Shown piece by piece: positions 58,333-64,000 of a DNA stretch of 64,000 nucleotides; position 1 is the stretch's first letter; the number at the start of each line of letters is the position of its first letter. The stretch is from Azolla caroliniana (lineage: Eukaryota; Plantae; Polypodiophyta): assembly GCA_043228905.1 (NCBI GenBank), contig JBHGNT010000002.1, positions 21,638,001 through 21,702,000 of the forward strand. Reading direction: 5' to 3'. The notes under the pieces are model-generated. The model searched no databases. It had not been told where the DNA came from and worked only from the letters and a program-made list of their open reading frames with translations. A program made the translations under genes and the position numbers.

Positions 58333-60683
58333 TGACTATCTGATAGAAAAATAGGAACTCAGCCACAACCGAGTCGAATACAGAATGGGAGCAACAAGCA
58401 AAACAGAGAGAGATAAGAAAATATATATCATGGAAAACCCCAAATAGGGTAAAAAAACACAGGTGCCCACAGACACCAAACATATCACTATCAGAGAGAT
58501 ATACAACGAGACAAACACACATGCACCAACCTAAGTTCGTTCACTTCGCGGACTAGCGGTTATAACAGAGAAACTCTCACACGCTTCATTGGTACTGGCT
58601 ATGGAGGCAAGGACCTCGCATGCACTAGTTACACACAGACAACTTACTCTCTCATATTGTCTGTGAACACACTAACATAAGGTTAGCCTTAGTTATCTTT
58701 ATACTTAGATAACTTTCGGGTTATTTACATAACTAGCATGAGTAGGCTCGACTCAAACCTATTTACATTTTCCTTTGTCCTGAATTTAGCCCATCCGAAA
58801 GGGACCTAATTCTCAACAAACTCCCCCTTCACTTCGGATGGGTCTTGACTAGTCTGACTCGACTCCGACATGTTTCTAGCCTTTCTACCGACAACACCTT
58901 TGTCAGCATGTCGGATCTGTTCCTGATGCGTGGATCTTCGTGAGAGCAAACTCCCCTTCTTCCACTCGTTCTCGGAGCCAATGATATTGTCTTTGGATGT
59001 GTTTGGTCCTCGAGTGGTAGGCCCCATTCTTAGCAAGGTGGATGGCATAGAGTAAGAATTCACCTTGTCGAATTCCCAACTCTTCGACAAACTCCTTCTG
59101 ACTTCATCCATATCATTTCCTTGCCGGCTTTGACAGCATCCATGTACTCGACTTCTGTGGTCAACAAATCCACGACCTTCTGCAACCTTGATTGCCACGA
59201 GACAGCTCCCCCTGCACAAGTCATCACATACCCGGACGTGGACCGACCGATATCTACATCAGCTGACATGTTTCAGTTCGTAAAGCCTTCTAACATAGGG
59301 TTACCTGAACCGAATCGAAGTCACATGCTCGAGGTGCCTTTCAAGTACCGAAGTATCCACTTTACTACTGCCCAATGATCTCTTCTGAGCTTGCAACCGA
59401 ATCGAAGACACATGCTCGAGGTGCCTTTCAAGTACCGAAGTATCCACTTTACTACTGCCCAATGCTCTCTTTCGAGGTTGCTCATGTATCGACTAACGAC
59501 TTCAATAGCATATCCAATGTCCGTTCTGCTACATACCATCGTGTACACAGGCTTCCGACTGTCGAGGCATATGGCACCTTCATCATCTCAGCCTTCTCAG
59601 TCTTCATCTTTGGACATTGTGTCGATGATAGCCTATTGTTTGTCAGGAGTGTTGAATTGACCGGTTTCGCGCATTCCATGCCGAATCTTTGGAGCACCTT
59701 TGTCACGTATTTTCCCTGTGACAGCCATAGCATCTTCTTTGTCTGATCCCGAACTATGTGCATCCCCAAGATTTGTTTTGCCGAACCCATGTCTTTCATT
59801 CAGAACGACCTACTTAAGGCATTCTTCAACATTTGAATCTTCACCTTGTCCCATCCGCCAATCAGCATGTCATCCACATATAGCAAGAGAATAAGACAAT
59901 CTCCTCCGTCAAACTTCTTCACGAACACACAGTGGTCGGCCTGTGTTTTGTGGTACCCTTGATCGGTCATGAAGGATTCAAATTTCCAGTACCATTGTCG
60001 AGGATCCTACTTTAGTCCATAAAGGCTCTTCTTCAACCGACACACCATATTCTCCTTTCCCTTCTCAATGAATCCTTTTGGTTGTTGCATGTAGATTTCT
60101 TCCTCTAAATCCCCACGCAGAAATTCCGTCTTGACGTCCATCTGTTCGACTTTTAGATCCATGTTGGCCGCTATGCTCAACATCGTACAGATGGATGTCA
60201 TTTTTTGTACTAGGGCAAAAATCTCGTCGAAATCCACTCCTTTCTTCTGCTAGAAACCCTTGACCACAATGTGGGCTTTGTGCCTTGGTGGATTTCCGAC
60301 ATCTCCCGGTTTCAACTTGTATACCCACTTGTTTTGAAGTGTCATCTTTCCTTTCAGTAGCTTCATCAATTCATATGTGTGGTTCTCATGCAGGGAGTCC
60401 ATCTCATCCTACATAGCACTTAACCACTTGTGGTTGTGGGTTTCCCTCTTTGCTTCCTTGAAGCTTTCCGGCTCCCCCTCGTTGGTTAGCAGCACATATT
60501 CCTTATCCGCAAAGCTTTGGGGGGGCATCTTTCTCTCAAAGAGTATCATCTTCCTATAATTTCCTTAGTTGTCTCAGTAGGATCTTCTTCTTCTCCTTCG
60601 ACTGGTTCTTTGTCTAGGTTTGAGTCCGCTATCTCTTCATCTTCATCGGATCCGACTCCAACACCCAACTGGCCCCCGACTTT
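58333..60683 (-). mobile_element. Older Copia-B-like 3' half: RT and RNase H, PPT 58819-58829, 3' LTR 58333-58818
   Basis: RLKKSLYGLK, LYVDDML, AVSWQSRLQK. Contains a local duplication of about 65 bp (59310-59376 and 59398-59463). Confidence 0.88.
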
Positions 60684-62107
60684 CATGACAATTTTGGACT
60701 ACTCGAAGGCGACAAGAACCATTGGGAACATACAAGAGTTTCTTAAAAAATAGTAATCCATCATCACATTCGAATTGTCGATAGTCCGTACCTGGTTGTT
60801 GCGACTGTGAACAGGTTGCCTGCAAGGGATCAATTTGCGCTAGAATGGCTTGAGCAAAAGCGTTTATCTTCAAGTCTTCACGTATGGTGTCAATAATGTA
60901 GGAATCCAATGGAGTGTCGAAAACCCAGGTTGCTTGTAGTCGTGTTGGTGCCAGGATGACTTGCTTTTGATTGTCGAATGTTGGATCACTAGGAAGAGGT
61001 GCTAGATACGAGCGCCGCGATAATGCATCTGCCTTCCCTTATTGCTTCCCAAGACGATATGTAATTTTGAAGTCAAAACAAGTGAGGAATTGGGCCCACC
61101 GAACTTGTCGTCGATTTAATACACGGGCATTCTGGAAATAGGCAAGGTTTTTGTGATCACTGAATACGGTGACTTGATGAGAAGATCCCTCTAAAAAATG
61201 CCTCCATTGTGCAAAAGAATCCACTATTGCTAATAGTTCCTTATCATGTATCTCGTAGTTGATTTCGGCAGCGTCAAACTTGGGCAAGTGGAAAGCCACA
61301 GGGTATAGTTTTTCATCATCGTCTTTGTTGTGACAGAATGCTACCAAGGGCGAAATCCGGCGCGTCTGCCTCCATGATGAACGGTTTTTTCAAATCAACA
61401 TGAGCTAGAATAGGAGCTAATGTAAATTCTTTCTTAAGATTTACAAAAGTCGTGTCCACTTCCTTAGACAAACAAATGATTGCCCCTTCTTGGTAAGTTG
61501 TCTAAGAGGCAAAATAAGCTTTGAGTAGTCTTGTATAAACTTGCGGTAGAAATTTGCGAAGCCTAAAAAACATTGCACATCTCGCAACGAATGGGGGGTT
61601 TGCCACTCTATCACAGTTTTGACCTTAGCTGGATCCATAGAGATGCCTTCCAAGGAGATGACATATCCTAGAAATTCCACCTGGTTGCACTCAAAACTAC
61701 ATTTTTCCAGTTTCGTATAAAGACCATGTTCTCGAAGTCGTTTTACTACATAATAGTACATGGGAATCATGCTCTTCCTAAGTCTTCGAATAAACTAGTA
61801 GATCATCCAATTTATCGCATGGTCGAGTAGTCTTGATGTGTCGTTGTAATAGCTACACCTGATTTCCAATGTCAAAATAGGATGGAAGCCGATGACAATC
61901 CGCATAAGCCTTCTGTGTTTGTTGAGCTTGATGTAAATGGGTATATAGATCTGCCTGTATCTTGCGTAACCCCTCCAAATGATCCTCTGCACGAGGATTT
62001 GTGGGAACTCTGGAGTTTTGAACACACACCATTGAGGATGATAGCCTGTATAAACATAAAAAGGGGTAACCCTAGTCGATGAGTGAATAGAGTTATTATA
62101 AGCAAAT
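60684..62107 (-). pseudogene. Chromovirus-like gypsy RT, RNase H and integrase-start fragment
   Basis: KLEKCSF..QVEFLGY, FLGFANFYRKFI, NYEIHDKELLAIV, SDHKNL, ADALSRR. Confidence 0.88.
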
Positions 62108-62510
62108 TGTTAGGAAACAGGTCCCTCCGGATGGGAAGTGAGAAGAACAGTGTTGATGAGCAACTCGGCAGAGGCCGAATCCAGATGTGGAGTACCTGGC
62201 AACGGAAGACCTGGTGAGAACCAGATGTGGAGTACCCGGCAACGGAAGACCTGGTGAGAACCGGAAGTGGAGTACCCAGGAACGGAAGACCCGGTGAGAA
62301 CCGGATGTTGCAGGCCCGGTGAGAACCTCTCATCGGATGGAAGGGACATATATGTAAATATGTTCCAGAGAGCCCACTGGGGCTATATTTCTAAATAGCC
62401 CGAAAGTCATATTAGTATAAATATGACCTAGGGAAAACTTAATAGTCATGATGTAGAGTTGGTTGTATTATTATAATTGTTGCGATAATTCAGAGAATAA
62501 TTATGTACAT

Positions 62511-62556
<46 letters not shown>

Positions 62557-64000
62557 GAGGTCGTTGCCTCTATTGTAACCGCCTGCTGGCGTAGCGAGGG
62601 AGCAAGAGGTCATTGCCTCTGTGCCCCATTGTTCTAATCTTGATATAGTGATATTTTGATGTTTGAGAGCTGTCGTGGTTTTTCCCAGATTTGGGTTTTC
62701 CACTTTAACATCCAGTGCACTCTCTTTCTTTACGGTTTCGTGTGTAGATACATCTCACCACATCCCTATTTTCTGTTCTTGATCCGACGTCTCGGTTGCG
62801 GCCGAGCATAGCTAAGGAAACCGTATTCCTTTCAAATTGGTATCAGAGCGAAACGACACAGAAAAATGGACGATTCGTTGGGAGGCATGTTCAAGCTCAC
62901 CGGCTCCAACTATTCAGTGTGGAAGTCGAAGATAAGGGACATGCTCGTGGTTAAAGATCTTTGGTTGTCGGTTCAGTTCGGGGACAAGAGACCGGACAAA
63001 ATCGATGCCACAATATGGGAGGTGATGCACATGAAGACAACGGCGTACATACGGTGCTTCATCGACATGAGTCTATACAACAACTTCAATGAAGAGAGCA
63101 AGGCTCATGAGCTCTGGGAGAAGATCGGCATTATGTTTCAAAACAAAAATGTTGTTAATCAGGTTTTAGTATTTCGGAAGCCATTAAGACTCCGGTACCA
63201 AGATGGCTCCAGCATGGCGGAGCACATGAATGCCTTCCAGGGGTTGATACACTAGGAAACATCATTAGAAGTACCTCTCACCGATGAGGTACTAGCACTA
63301 CTCTTGCTCGGTTCCCTCCCAGATAGCTGGGACATGTTGGTCGTCACTTTGGGCAACATCGGGCCGGAAGGGAAACGGTTCTCCCTAGCAAGAGTGAAGT
63401 CGAGCTTGCTAGATGAGGAGGCGTGTGGGAGAGATAAGGATACGAGCTTCGCCTCCATAGCGTTCCTTACCGAATCGGAACGCGGAAGGCAAAGGAACCG
63501 TAGTCCCCAGAACCGGGAAAAGTCAGGGACATGGTCAAAGTCAAGGGGGAGGCCTACTTGCTTCTATTACGGCAAGCCGGGACACTTCCAGAAGAACTGT
63601 CGGCACTTCCGAAAAGACAAGGAAACCGACGGTACCGATTCAAAGCGGACACTGGACCGAAACGGTAAAGACCGGATGGGGCCGGACCGGAAGGGAACGA
63701 TGGCAATCGTGGCAAGTGAAGAAGAGTTGATGCTCATCACCGAGGAGAGTGAGCTAAACCTTGCCGGCGACGAGATGACCTGGGTGGTCGACTCCGGAGC
63801 GTCGTTCCACCTTACCCCAGACCGGAAATGCTTCTCATCCTACTCAGACGGTGATCATGGCTGTGTCCGGATGGGGAATGAAGGTACATGCCGAATTGTC
63901 GGTATAGCAGACGTGTGGTTGACAACACCAACCGGATGCAAGTTGCTGCTGAAGGATGTCCGACACGTTCCGAAGGTTCGACTGAACCTGATATCAGTCG
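62108..64000 (+). mobile_element. Copia-B 5' part: LTR 62108-62834, PBS-Met 62838-62849, gag-protease from 62866 (one stop at 63253-63255), runs off the window
   Basis: TGTT...TTCA, TGGTATCAGAGC, MDDSLGGMFKL, WVVDSGASFH. Confidence 0.93.

Noticed and set aside
60678-60692. CATGACA as an LTR terminus
   Set aside because: It is integrase coding sequence (QNCHE) at a deletion junction; there is no LTR body or TSD.
62181-62330. Regularly spaced 40-bp repeats resembling a CRISPR array
   Set aside because: Head-to-tail units without unique spacers, inside a copia LTR, with no cas genes and a eukaryotic context.

Overview
Plant-type (probably seed-free land plant; inferred) heterochromatic window made almost entirely of nested LTR retrotransposons. 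No intact host gene is supported. Four LTR groups are resolved. (i) A tRNA-Trp-primed Ty3/gypsy group with TGTCG...CGACA termini and 4-bp target-site duplications (TSDs); all six scorable insertion sites read N-CG-N. (ii) Two tRNA-iMet-primed Ty1/copia families. (iii) An Athila/Tat-like gypsy element with a large 3' extra ORF, plus its non-autonomous derivative. (iv) Chromovirus-like fragments. There is also a Mutator-type MITE and a small island of decayed host-gene fragments (MS5/TDM1/SDI1-like TPR gene, EF-1alpha start). Three observations stand out. First, the Athila/Tat-like family has a tRNA-Arg 3'-end sequence, not a polypurine tract (PPT), 2 nt before its 3' LTR in both copies, suggesting two-tRNA priming or an inverted architecture. 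Second, a very young pol-less element (32874-38522, apparently identical LTRs) is filled by one intact 1417-aa Gag-capsid/acidic-repeat/basic-tail ORF, and an older diverged homologue lies nearby. Third, the Trp-primed group appears to target CpG. All calls were made by eye; no searches were run.
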